Shown one piece after another: positions 8,789 through 17,380 of a stretch of 64,000 bases of DNA. Origin of the DNA: a virus. Location: IMG/VR virus record IMGVR_UViG_3300046674_000532. One strand, given 5' to 3'. Numbering within the stretch: position 1 is the stretch's first letter; each line of letters begins with the position of its first letter. Below the pieces are notes generated by a model. The model was not told where the DNA came from. It ran no database searches and was given only the letters and a program-made list of their open reading frames with translations. Made by a program: the position numbers and the translations under genes.

Positions 8789-9349
8789 TTAGGTTGCACG
8801 CACCTGGCGAGAATTTTTTTGTCCTACAACGTGGTGGTAGGCGAGCTGTGCGAGCGTCCAGGCGTTGGTCATACCGTCCTCGTCGCGGCACCGGGTGTGG
8901 GTGCATACCGCGCGCTCCCGGCCGTGGTCCCACCTCAGACCGAACGTGCGGCAGGCGGGGCAGCGGTGGGGCGGGATGACGCCGGTGTCGCCCATGGTGA
9001 TGGCGAACTCCAGGGCCTGGCGGAACACGACGGTGGCGCGGCGCTGCACCTGGGCGTCCGTGGCGTTCTCGGTGTTGGCGATGTACCAGTCGTAGACGGC
9101 GTCGATCTGGCTGGGCCGCGGTTCGGCGGCCGGGTTCACGGCCTCCACGTGGTGTACGACCTCGTTGACGGAGTCGGTGATCTGGTCGACGACGCGGAGG
9201 TTCACGGGGGCGCCGCCGTCCGTGCGGGTGCCTCGGGGTTCGGAGCTGATGTAGGAGTGGCCGTCGGGTCCGGTGACAGGGCGCTGCAGGAAGTGCTGGT
9301 GCATCTGCCGCAGGCGGGTTGCTGCAATGTTCTCGTGTCCGTTGCCCAT
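8789..9349 (-). CDS. Hypothetical protein with a C-terminal zinc-ribbon-like CxxC...CxxxxC (186 aa)
   Basis: Track ORF 8789..9532 trimmed to the ATG at 9349 (MGNGHENIAA...). Contains ...HRCPACRTFGLRWDHGRERAVCTHTRCRD. Confidence 0.55.
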   Translation of the reverse strand: MGNGHENIAATRLRQMHQHFLQRPVTGPDGHSYISSEPRGTRTDGGAPVNLRVVDQITDSVNEVVHHVEAVNPAAEPRPSQIDAVYDWYIANTENATDAQVQRRATVVFRQALEFAITMGDTGVIPPHRCPACRTFGLRWDHGRERAVCTHTRCRDEDGMTNAWTLAQLAYHHVVGQKNSRQVRAT

Positions 9350-9602
9350 GGTGACCCCGTCCCGTAGGGCGGCCCCGGGGGAGCGCGGGACGTCCATGCA
9401 TGGCGGGGCGCGCGCCGGGGGCCGGAAGTGCGAACTCCGGGTGATTCCGGACGCCCCACTATGGCACGTGGGTGGCTGGAGTTGAACAGATCGTCGCAGT
9501 TGATCAACGCTGTGTGGTGGGCGGTTGCACAACGGCCCACGTCAACGGGCATGATCCGCCCGGCTCTTATCAACACAACGTCTTACAAGGGTCGCTTTGT
9601 CG

Positions 9603-10004
9603 TCATTCCTCGGCGATGATCTCGGGTGCCTGACGCATCCCCTGGAACAGTTCGCCGAGCTTTCCCCGCTGCGCCTCGTCGATGATTCCCTCCGCGTGCG
9701 CGCCCTCGAGCATCCCCGTCACGATCTGCAGGGTGGTGTCGTAGGCGCGGGCGGTCCGGACGTCGGTCAGGGACAGCCGGTGCGCGTTGAACGTGATCTC
9801 GACGTGCTCGGCCAAATCGTGCATCGTGCGGGCACTGCTCTGGTGGGCGCTGTTCGCGTGGGAGTTGTTCACGTCCCGATGCCACCGCCCCCCGGGGCCA
9901 GTCCCGCTGCTCCTGCTCCCGCCGTGCTTCCTGAAGTCAATTACGGCCGCCTCGCCCTGCCCGTTCACTGCGGGCGTGGGGCGAACCGGTTCTGCTGCGG
10001 ACAT
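9603..10004 (-). CDS. Hypothetical protein (133 aa)
   Basis: Track ORF with an ATG start. The N-terminus looks disordered and the C-terminal half helical. Confidence 0.5.
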   Translation of the reverse strand: MSAAEPVRPTPAVNGQGEAAVIDFRKHGGSRSSGTGPGGRWHRDVNNSHANSAHQSSARTMHDLAEHVEITFNAHRLSLTDVRTARAYDTTLQIVTGMLEGAHAEGIIDEAQRGKLGELFQGMRQAPEIIAEE

Positions 10005-10666
10005 GGGGCGTCTCCGCTCCTCCGGCAGATATCGGGAAGGGTCTCGTGCAGCACGGCCTTGGGCCGCGCCCCGTCCCGCGTCACGGCTGCCAGTCCGAAC
10101 CGCGGGAAGCCCACTGTGGCACCACTACCGGCGTGGCGGGTAGGACAGATGCAGATTTCACCGATCATTGCGGCGCGACGTGTACAGATCCGGCCTGATC
10201 ACTCACGGGCCGCCACCGTTCCGGCCATTCCGGCGAGTTGACGTGTAAGGCCCCGCCAGGGGGTGGGGTGACGTGTTTTGCCGACAACGACTCCCGCAGG
10301 CCGGCGGGGCCTCGAGACCTCACGGGCATGCCCGCCAGATGACGGTGATTGTAGTCGCGCTATGTGCACGAAGGGGAGTGGCTTGCCCCGGCGGAAATCC
10401 CGCCTGGGGCATGACGGTACAAGGTGGGGCTGGTGCCGGGCTGGGGTGGCTGGCCGCCCTGACCGAGGTGAGGCACTGGAGGGCTGCGATCCACACAGGC
10501 CCTGCCCGGCCGGGCGGCCGGCCCTCCCAACGCGTGGGGGGTCGGCGCACCCTAGCCAACCTGCAGTGATTGCCTGAGGCAAGAGATTGGTAAGAGGCTC
10601 ACACGATCGACGGACGAAAAACCCCGACAACACTCGCAAACACGACCGAATTTTGTCGGTGTACAC

Positions 10667-10706
10667 CGCTGGCCCCGCTCCGGATGTAACCGGAACGGGG
10701 CCAGCG
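10667..10706 (-). terminator. Long hairpin immediately downstream of parB
   Basis: CGCTGGCCCCGCTCCGG-atgtaa-CCGGAACGGGGCCAGCG, beginning about 19 nt after the parB stop at 10725. Confidence 0.6.
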
Positions 10707-10724
10707 GTCTGTCTTCCCGGCGGG

Positions 10725-11828
10725 CTATACCGAGGGAACCTCCAGTCCAGCGCTGTCCGCGTACTCGTTCATCACACGCAGCGCCTTCACAAACGCACCC
10801 GTCGGCATCTTCCGGATGAGGTGCTGTGCAACGAAGTTCCCGTCGTCGTAGGGCAGGGTCCGCGGCGCAGGGTCCCCGCCGTCCTCGGCCTGCTGGACGG
10901 TCCGCGGTTCAGGGATCGGCTGCTCCGCCAGCACCACCGCGGGCGCATGGAGGTCCGGTGCGGTCTCCGGGACCGGAGCAGGGCCCGGCATCGGATCGGC
11001 ACCTGCTGGCTTGGACTTGGAGACGTCCGGAATTATCACGCCGTGATATTCGGCGGGCCCGGCCGAGCGTTCCGGCGCCGGGTATGGCGCGGGTTGCGGC
11101 GAAGCCGACCGGGCGGCCGCCTGGCTTTGAGCGGCTTCGGCGCGCGCGTCGGCCTTCTCAACCTGCTCCTGCGGGGTCAGCTTCCCGAGGTTGCGGACGT
11201 GCTCCACCCTGCGTGCACCGGTGACGAGGTCCTTCTGCAGCTCGGGGGTGAGCTTCAGCAGGGACAGCTTGGTGGAGAGCGTGGCCTGCGGGATCCCGAG
11301 CCGTTTCGCGGCCTTGAGCTGGGACCCGTAGTGGTCCACCAACTGCTTGAGCGCGTGGGCCTCCTCGAGGTCCGTCATGTCGTCGCGGTGGTAATTCGCG
11401 ATGAACGCGGCCTCGAGGAGGGTCTCGTCGGTGGCCAGCCGCGAGTTGTCGACCCTGACCGGGATGGTGGCCAGTCCGACGCGGCGGGAGGCCTCGAGGC
11501 GTCGGTGGCCGTCGATGACGACGTACTGGGCTCCGTCGTCGATGTCGTCGGCGCGGGCGGCCCGGTCACGGAGATAGGCCTCTGTCGTTCCGACGACGAT
11601 GGGCAGGATGATGCCGACCTGGCGGACGGACTCCACGGTCTCGTCGAGGTTGCGGAGGTGGTTGCGCGGGTTGTCGGGGTTGTCGCTGATCAGCGTGACG
11701 GGCAGTTCGGTGATGGCCGCGGTCGCTGCCGCGTCCCCTCCTATGGCGCTGTTGATGGCGTCGCGCCGTGGGCTGCGCCGGGCCGCGGCGAAGGCGGGCG
11801 CCGGGCCGAGGGTGTCGGCCTTGCTCAT
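10725..11828 (-). CDS. parB: ParB/Spo0J-family partition protein
   Basis: ParB N-terminal box ...YVVIDGHRRLEASRRVGLATIPVRV..., followed by an HTH (AAKRLGIPQATLSTKLSLLKL). Its start overlaps the parA stop. Confidence 0.85.
   Translation of the reverse strand: MSKADTLGPAPAFAAARRSPRRDAINSAIGGDAAATAAITELPVTLISDNPDNPRNHLRNLDETVESVRQVGIILPIVVGTTEAYLRDRAARADDIDDGAQYVVIDGHRRLEASRRVGLATIPVRVDNSRLATDETLLEAAFIANYHRDDMTDLEEAHALKQLVDHYGSQLKAAKRLGIPQATLSTKLSLLKLTPELQKDLVTGARRVEHVRNLGKLTPQEQVEKADARAEAAQSQAAARSASPQPAPYPAPERSAGPAEYHGVIIPDVSKSKPAGADPMPGPAPVPETAPDLHAPAVVLAEQPIPEPRTVQQAEDGGDPAPRTLPYDDGNFVAQHLIRKMPTGAFVKALRVMNEYADSAGLEVPSV
11032..11051. promoter_or_regulatory. parS-like palindrome AATTATCACGCCGTGATATT (copy inside parB)
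   Basis: Same ATTATCACG-N-CGTGATA(A/T)T motif as the two copies upstream of parA. GC-clamped flanks (CCGG...GGCGG). Confidence 0.55.
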
Positions 11829-12988
11829 CGGGTGGCCCCCTTCGCGACCTGCCGCATGGCCTCCGCCTGGTCGGACAGGGGTGCGTACGACAGCAGCGGC
11901 ATCCGCTTGCGGACCGCTTCCCGCTGTTCCTTCAGATCACCGATGACGGCCAGGACTCTCGGGTCACCGATGGCCTTCCAGCTATCCAGGGAGGAGGTGG
12001 CGACGTAACCGCGGCGCGAGTCGTACAAATTGACGACCAGGCCGAGGTAGTCGACGTCCAGGCTGAGGTCTTCGCACAGGGCTTCGATCTGCTGGTCGAG
12101 CATGCTGTACGCGGTGGCGGAGGAGTCCTCGGCGAGGACGGGAATGATGACGCCGGACTTGCCCTTGGCCTCGTTGCGGCGGCGGCGCGCGTAGTAGAGG
12201 GCGGCGTCCATGGCGATGCCGAGGCTGGGCGGGCAGTCCACGACGATGACGTCGTAGTCGGCCTCGAGGGGACGAAGTGCCATCTCCAGGGCGACTTCCT
12301 TCTGGAAGCCTCGCTTGTTCGCGGACAGGACGGCGATCCTCGAGTCGAGGAGGAATCCGTCGAAGCAGGCGGGCAGTACGTGCAGTCGCTTCTCGAACCG
12401 CGGATCGTCTATGACCACGACCAGGTCGCGGAGGTCTCCCTTGTCCTCGCCGCACATGTGGGAGACGAGGCTGTCGTGGTCGGGTGCGATCTGCAGGACA
12501 CCGAGTTGCTCGCTGAGGTGGCCTTGCGGGTCGTAGTCGACGAGCAGGACGCGCTTGCCCTGCTCGGCGTACGCCTGGGCGACGCCGGCGGAGATGGCGG
12601 TCTTGCCGACGCCGCCCTTCTGGTTGCAGACGACCTTGCGTTCGGCTTCTTCGTCCTGGGCGCCGTGCTGCGGGGAAGGGTTGGCGTCCAGCCACATCCG
12701 GACCGACTGCGCGAGGCCCTGGGTGTAGGAGACGGAGCGTTCGGTGCAGGCGTCCTTGAACGCGTCGTACTGGCCGGACGGGAGCCATGTGGAGAACGAG
12801 CGGGCGCCGGCCGTGTCGATGTCCGGGCTGATGCCGGGTTCGGCGCGCCATTGGGCGATGCCCGCGGTGACGGCGTCCTGGATGTCCAGGCCGAGCTCGG
12901 CGGCGCGGACCTTGAGTGCTTGTTGGAGCGCCGAGGGCAGCTTCGACGCTACCTTTTCCCGGTCTCCTTGGAGATATGGAGAGGCCAT
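11825..12988 (-). CDS. parA: ParA partition ATPase with a roughly 110-aa N-terminal DNA-binding-like extension
   Basis: Deviant Walker A NQKGGVGKTA, followed by VLLVDYDPQGH. The long N-terminal extension is as in type Ia ParA and has two RHH-like segments. Confidence 0.9.
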   Translation of the reverse strand: MASPYLQGDREKVASKLPSALQQALKVRAAELGLDIQDAVTAGIAQWRAEPGISPDIDTAGARSFSTWLPSGQYDAFKDACTERSVSYTQGLAQSVRMWLDANPSPQHGAQDEEAERKVVCNQKGGVGKTAISAGVAQAYAEQGKRVLLVDYDPQGHLSEQLGVLQIAPDHDSLVSHMCGEDKGDLRDLVVVIDDPRFEKRLHVLPACFDGFLLDSRIAVLSANKRGFQKEVALEMALRPLEADYDVIVVDCPPSLGIAMDAALYYARRRRNEAKGKSGVIIPVLAEDSSATAYSMLDQQIEALCEDLSLDVDYLGLVVNLYDSRRGYVATSSLDSWKAIGDPRVLAVIGDLKEQREAVRKRMPLLSYAPLSDQAEAMRQVAKGATR

Positions 12989-13074
12989 GGCGTCACCTTA
13001 CTGACTCTCCTGTCGCTCCTGTCACCCGGTTCGCCGTTCCTGACACGGTTTCATCCTTCCGGTGAGGTACCGGG

Positions 13075-13093
13075 ATTATCACGGCGTGATAAT
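13075..13093. promoter_or_regulatory. parS-like palindrome ATTATCACGgCGTGATAAT (copy A upstream of parA)
   Basis: Perfect 9-bp arms around a central G, 87 nt upstream of the parA ATG. Confidence 0.6.
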
Positions 13094-13132
13094 TCGCCGG
13101 GGTCCAAGACGATCCGGCGCCGGGAAGCCGTG

Positions 13133-13151
13133 ATTATCACGCCGTGATATT
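13133..13151. promoter_or_regulatory. parS-like palindrome ATTATCACGcCGTGATATT (copy B upstream of parA)
   Basis: One arm mismatch. Overlaps the stop codon of the small ORF 13137..13268. Confidence 0.55.
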
Positions 13152-13268
13152 TGCCGGGTCCTCGAGGACGTCGTCCTCGTCGCCCTGGTCGTACGGTCCG
13201 TCGACGTACACCGGCTCCCGGAACAGGTCCTCGTACGCCGGCTTCCGCGGTGTGGCGGTCTGTGTCAT
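13137..13268 (-). CDS. Small acidic hypothetical protein (43 aa)
   Basis: ATG at 13268 overlaps the upstream stop (ATGA). GC3-rich codons. Below the track size cutoff in its trimmed form. Confidence 0.45.
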   Translation of the reverse strand: MTQTATPRKPAYEDLFREPVYVDGPYDQGDEDDVLEDPANITA

Positions 13269-13507
13269 CCCAGGCTCCCGGCGGCCGCCCCGAGGTGGGC
13301 GTGCATGTGGTGGTCGAGCATCTTGCGTTCCACGGCGGCCAGGTAGCGGTCGCGGGCCTCCTGCGGCGGCAGGTCGGCGTGCTCGAGATGGAAGTCGAGG
13401 GTGACGCCCCAGCAGGCCTGGCCCATGGTGTGGAAGTCGCCGTGGAGGAGGCACATGGTGGGGGCCGCCTGGCCGGTGGTCTGTGCGGGTGCTGCGGGTG
13501 TGGTCAA
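13265..13507 (-). CDS. Hypothetical His-rich small protein (80 aa)
   Basis: TTG at 13507 has GGAGA 7 nt upstream, right after the previous stop. An ATG at 13456 is the alternative start. Confidence 0.45.
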   Translation of the reverse strand: MTTPAAPAQTTGQAAPTMCLLHGDFHTMGQACWGVTLDFHLEHADLPPQEARDRYLAAVERKMLDHHMHAHLGAAAGSLG

Positions 13508-13521
13508 GGGTGGTTCTCCGT

Positions 13522-14568
13522 TCAGGCGGACGTGGGTGCGCTGTAGCCGTAGCGGGCCCGGTCGCGTACGCACCGTGCGGCGATTTCCTCGGCTGCAACC
13601 TGCGGCCAGTTCGGGGTGTCGGTGGTGAGGTGCTGGACGGGCTGACTGCCGCCGAACCAGGAGTCGCCGGCCCGGTAGGGGATGCCGGGCTTGCAGTCCC
13701 AGTCCAGGGTCCAGTGCTCGCGGCGCCGGCCGCGTTGGCGTCCGATGGACCAGCACTCGAGGCGGACGGTCACCTCGTAGGCCTCGCCGTCCGGCATCCG
13801 AACGGTGGCAGGCGCCTTCGCCGTGACGGACACCTGCCGGTTGGTGACCTTGCCGAGCAGGTAGTGGCGGGGGTCGATGGGGATGCTGCCGCGCCACCAC
13901 CACGGGTCGTCCTTGGAGGAGCTGTCGCGGGGCGCCCACAGCTTCCAGTTGAGGCGGCCGCGATGGAGGTCGACGCCGGTGACCCTGGACTCGGTGGACA
14001 GGTCCCGGTTGCCGTTGAAGCGGCGTTGGATGAACCGGCCGTGGTCTTCGGTGTGGACGTAGATGGCGCCGAGCGGGCCAAGGGAGATGCTGGCGGCTAG
14101 GCACTGCTCGCTGCTACCGGAACCGACCTTGAGTTGAGCGCTGACGAAGTTGGACCGTCCGATGATGACCTGGGCGCCGACCGCGCTTTCCGGGTTCATC
14201 GACCAGTCACCGGGCAAGCGGATTCCCGCGTCGTGGCCGAGGCGGATGAGTTGCTTGCGCACGGTCGGGGACATCGGCTGTGTGGGATTAAACGGGCCGG
14301 TGTAGCGCTGTCCCAGATGCCACTGGTCAGGGTCCAGCCAGCCCTGGGGCTCGGGACGAATGCCACACTGTCCGCAGTTGATCCAGCGGGCCCGGCGTTC
14401 CTCTTCGGGACCGTACTTCGAGTCGTATCCGTCGACTACCGGCCGGTGACCGATCAGGCGGCACAGCAGGATGACGCGGGGCAGGCCGGAGAGGAAGAAG
14501 CCGCGGTTCATCAGGACCCAGCGGTCGGCGGAACGGTCCTTGCTGTAGTCGACGGTGAACCAGTGCAT
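13522..14568 (-). CDS. Hypothetical protein (348 aa), Trp-rich, no recognised domain
   Basis: Clean track ORF with an ATG start and an N-terminal hydrophobic segment (FFLSGLPRVILLCRLIG). Confidence 0.65.
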   Translation of the reverse strand: MHWFTVDYSKDRSADRWVLMNRGFFLSGLPRVILLCRLIGHRPVVDGYDSKYGPEEERRARWINCGQCGIRPEPQGWLDPDQWHLGQRYTGPFNPTQPMSPTVRKQLIRLGHDAGIRLPGDWSMNPESAVGAQVIIGRSNFVSAQLKVGSGSSEQCLAASISLGPLGAIYVHTEDHGRFIQRRFNGNRDLSTESRVTGVDLHRGRLNWKLWAPRDSSSKDDPWWWRGSIPIDPRHYLLGKVTNRQVSVTAKAPATVRMPDGEAYEVTVRLECWSIGRQRGRRREHWTLDWDCKPGIPYRAGDSWFGGSQPVQHLTTDTPNWPQVAAEEIAARCVRDRARYGYSAPTSA

Positions 14569-14640
14569 AACGTCTCCCGGGGGGCGGTTTGGTTTACCGC
14601 GGTAAACCGTCTCGCAGATCCGGCGAACCCTTCCCTCCGC

Positions 14641-15087
14641 TCAGGCGGTGATCCGGTGGATCGGGATGCCGGCCTTCTTCGCCCGGCGCATGCAGTCCGC
14701 AGTGCCGGACGACTTGCCCACCTGCGCGGCGACGAGCAGCAGGGGGAGTTCGTCGATGATGGCCTGGTTGCGGCGGTGGCCGGCGACCGGACAGTACGTT
14801 CGACCGCCTGCCTTGGCGCGGCGGTGTCCGGGCTGGCATTCCGGTCCGCAGGGTCCTTCCCAGTCCGCGGGGCGCCGGCGGCGTGGGACGTGGTGGCGGA
14901 TGGCCCAGGCGTCGCCCATGGCGTCGGCCCCGTCCTGGCAGTCGCCGTGGATGAGTTCGATGCCGCTGTATCCGACCTCGAGAGCCTCGTGCCAGACGAG
15001 GAGCAGGGTGGTCTCGAGCAGGCCCGGGTCGGGCCATGTGCGGCTGCCGGTGAGGCCGATCAGAGCGAGTTGTGGGGGCGCGTTCAT
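14641..15087 (-). CDS. SLOG-superfamily DUF2493 (YspA-like) protein
   Basis: LIGLTGSRTWPDPGLLETTL...LIHGDCQDGADAMGDAWA matches the DUF2493 pattern (TGSR...HGg..GaD). ATG at 15087 overlaps the rep-like stop. Confidence 0.7.
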   Translation of the reverse strand: MNAPPQLALIGLTGSRTWPDPGLLETTLLLVWHEALEVGYSGIELIHGDCQDGADAMGDAWAIRHHVPRRRRPADWEGPCGPECQPGHRRAKAGGRTYCPVAGHRRNQAIIDELPLLLVAAQVGKSSGTADCMRRAKKAGIPIHRITA

Positions 15088-16238
15088 GCGGTGGCTCCGG
15101 CCAGGCGGTGGGCGTTGTCGTAGAGCATCCGTCCGTACAGGGCGACCGCGGCGGCCTCGCCGGCCATGACCGCGTAGTCGACGACCAGGCGGGGGTGCCG
15201 ACGGCCTAGGTCCCTCAGCTCCTGGATCTCCCCGTCCGACAGGGGCACTTCCTCGACGTCGGGCAGGACCTCGCCGTCCGGTTCCTGGCCGCGGACCACA
15301 GCGGCGGCAGCAGCGAAGGCAGCGTTCGGTGCAGTCGCGGCAGCCTCCTCGGCCTCCTGGACGGCACGGCGCGCCTGCTGGGCGGTTTCCTCGGCGAGGA
15401 CGGACTGGATGAACTCGGCGGGCTTCGCGGGCTTCCACCGGCCGACCATTCCGATCAGCTCTGCGGCGATCCGCTGGGCGTCCCAGCCGCGGTCCGTCCA
15501 CGGGCGCAGGACGAACTCGAGGCGGCGCAGCGGCACCCGCTGGGTCCAGTTGACGAGGGCGCGCACCAGCCGAATGGTGCGCATCGCCCGTTCGACGTCG
15601 CCCGCGGTGCGGCGGTGCCCGTTCTTGCTGCTGGCCTGGTGGGGGATGAATCGTTCGCGCCCCGCCTGCGGGGTGTAGTTACAACCACTCTCTACCTTCA
15701 GCTTTCCCTCTTCCTCTACCCAGGTAAGGGAAGGGGGCGCACAGGCCTCGGAACTGGGGTTGTCCACAGGCGGGTTATCCACAGGGCGGTCCTGGCCCCG
15801 CTGGTCGATGACGATCCGCGCCGTGTACCCGGAGCCGACGACCGTGTGCCCCATCGCGTGGTCGTACATGGGGGGGATGACGGCGGCGTACACGGTGGCG
15901 GTGGCGGCGTACCCGCCCATGCCGAGTGCCCGGCGGATGTTGGCCCGGGTTCCGTGCTGTACCCAGGCGAGCGCGCCCAGCTCCCGCAGGACGGCGATGT
16001 GCCGCTTGACGGTGGCCTTGTCGACGCCGAGGCGGTGCGCGGTCTCGAGCATGCAGTACCGGCCGTGCCCGGTGTCGTAGTCCATCCGCAGGGCGAGGTC
16101 CTCGGCGACCTTCTGCGTGGTGGCGTTCGCGCGGCCGTGGAGGCCGGCTGCGATCAGCCACGCGACCGCGCGAAGCCACCGTCGCGGGCCCGTTCGGCGC
16201 GAGGCAGTGCACGCCACCTCTTGGGCGGCGCCGCGCAC
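15084..16238 (-). CDS. Putative replication initiator / winged-HTH DNA-binding protein (start uncertain)
   Basis: HTH segment MLETAHRLGVDKATVKRHIAVLRELGALAWVQHG, as in actinomycete plasmid Rep-type proteins. Start guessed at the GTG at 16238; 16271 and 16217 are alternatives. Confidence 0.55.
   Translation of the reverse strand: MRGAAQEVACTASRRTGPRRWLRAVAWLIAAGLHGRANATTQKVAEDLALRMDYDTGHGRYCMLETAHRLGVDKATVKRHIAVLRELGALAWVQHGTRANIRRALGMGGYAATATVYAAVIPPMYDHAMGHTVVGSGYTARIVIDQRGQDRPVDNPPVDNPSSEACAPPSLTWVEEEGKLKVESGCNYTPQAGRERFIPHQASSKNGHRRTAGDVERAMRTIRLVRALVNWTQRVPLRRLEFVLRPWTDRGWDAQRIAAELIGMVGRWKPAKPAEFIQSVLAEETAQQARRAVQEAEEAAATAPNAAFAAAAAVVRGQEPDGEVLPDVEEVPLSDGEIQELRDLGRRHPRLVVDYAVMAGEAAAVALYGRMLYDNAHRLAGATA
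15757..15785 (+). promoter_or_regulatory. Two tandem DnaA boxes (TTGTCCACA, TTATCCACA) within 14-bp direct repeats GGGTT(G/A)TCCACAGG
   Basis: 15760..15768 is the Streptomyces DnaA-box consensus and 15775..15783 the E. coli consensus. Spacing is 15 bp. The boxes lie inside the rep-like ORF, where they encode VDNPPVDNP. Confidence 0.6.
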
Positions 16239-16658
16239 GGGGTGGGCCCGACCTGCACTGTATTCGATCAGGTGTTCGGTTTCGAGGGTGGTGGTGTGCG
16301 TGTCTCGTGTGGGCTGGGGGCACTGGGTGCCGCCCAACCGGGGGGAGATAAGCCGCGAATCGCCCGACGAGGGGACCCTGAGCTGACAAGAGGGTGCCGA
16401 GTGCTGCACTATGTACCTGCCGTCCTGCGGACATGCAAAAGCCCGCTCGGTGGTGAAGGTGGTTCTGGGATGAACCTGAAGGTCGCTCGAATCTCGGGCC
16501 GGTCGCCAAACCGGATCTGAAGTTCGGGCCTTAGCTCCGAGGGCCAACTCGGAGCAGTTGCACGAAGGCCGCGCACGGTGCGCCAACACCAGCGGCCAGC
16601 GGTAGAGGAAGCGCCCCCGCCAAGGGGCACCGGACCTCCCGCTCAGGAAGTTCCTAGG

Positions 16659-17102
16659 TCACTCGTTCTCCTTCACTGGTCGGATCTTGTTCGTCCGTCG
16701 GGCCTCCAACTTGGAAACGCCGTAACGGACTTCATCGGCACGATCGCAGGCGGCCAGGATGGACATCGCCAGTTCGCGAGCCGTGGTGGTGGGGACAGCC
16801 ATGAAGTCTTCCGCGACCATGGCGTCCGGTGTGGAGATGAAGACACAGTCGGCGTCGTCGGGGAGGTCCGTCGCTCGGACCAACCAGCCGTCCCGCTCCC
16901 GCCGGTAGAAGTGGTCGTAGACCTTCCTGGGCATCGGGGCGGACACTGACCACTCACGTCCCGGCATGGGGTGAGGGCGCTGGTGGACAACGCTGGGTCG
17001 GGGCTTCTCCGCGGTGTGGGCCAGGGCAAGGATCTCTGAAAGCTGCTGGCGCAGGTCTCCGAGAGTCACCTCAGCGGCCGACTGCTCGGCCGGGCTGCTC
17101 AT
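16659..17102 (-). CDS. Hypothetical protein (147 aa)
   Basis: Track ORF 16659..17177 trimmed to the ATG at 17102 (MSSPAEQSAA...). Confidence 0.55.
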   Translation of the reverse strand: MSSPAEQSAAEVTLGDLRQQLSEILALAHTAEKPRPSVVHQRPHPMPGREWSVSAPMPRKVYDHFYRRERDGWLVRATDLPDDADCVFISTPDAMVAEDFMAVPTTTARELAMSILAACDRADEVRYGVSKLEARRTNKIRPVKENE

Positions 17103-17380
17103 GCTGCTGAGGGGGTAGTGGTGACAGGGCCCGATCGCGCCAGCGGTGTGATGTTCACGCCGGGATCGCGGGTCCACCTGTCTACGGGGTCACGGCCCCG
17201 GGTACTCTGCTCCATGTCGGCACCTTCGTCGCTGTTGAGTGTCGGCCCGGCCCCGCACCGGTTGTTGACGCAACCGGGATACTGCGGGGCCGTTCCAATG
17301 TCTTGGGCGCCCTGTCCGTCCAGACCACGTTCTGACTGGACGTCTGGGGCTAGGCGCAGCCTATCGGTTGGGCGTGTCAT
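17099..17380 (-). CDS. Questionable ORF (93 aa) with atypically low GC3
   Basis: ATG at 17380 has GGAGG about 10 nt upstream, and its stop overlaps the next start (ATGA). However, many codons end in A/T, so it may be non-coding. Confidence 0.3.
   Translation of the reverse strand: MTRPTDRLRLAPDVQSERGLDGQGAQDIGTAPQYPGCVNNRCGAGPTLNSDEGADMEQSTRGRDPVDRWTRDPGVNITPLARSGPVTTTPSAA

Noticed and set aside
10386-10410. Hairpin CCCCGGCGG-aaatc-CCGCCTGGGG, and GGGTTCGAGCGG near 63066, considered as tRNA T-arm-like elements.
   Set aside because: I found no flanking acceptor, D or anticodon arms, and the T-loop consensus (GTTCRANYC with a 5-bp stem) is not satisfied. I found no tRNA in the window.
10725-13160. 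Search for the canonical chromosomal parS (tGTTTCACGTGAAACa) near parAB.
   Set aside because: It was not found by eye anywhere near the operon. The ATTATCACG-N-CGTGATAAT palindromes are proposed instead.
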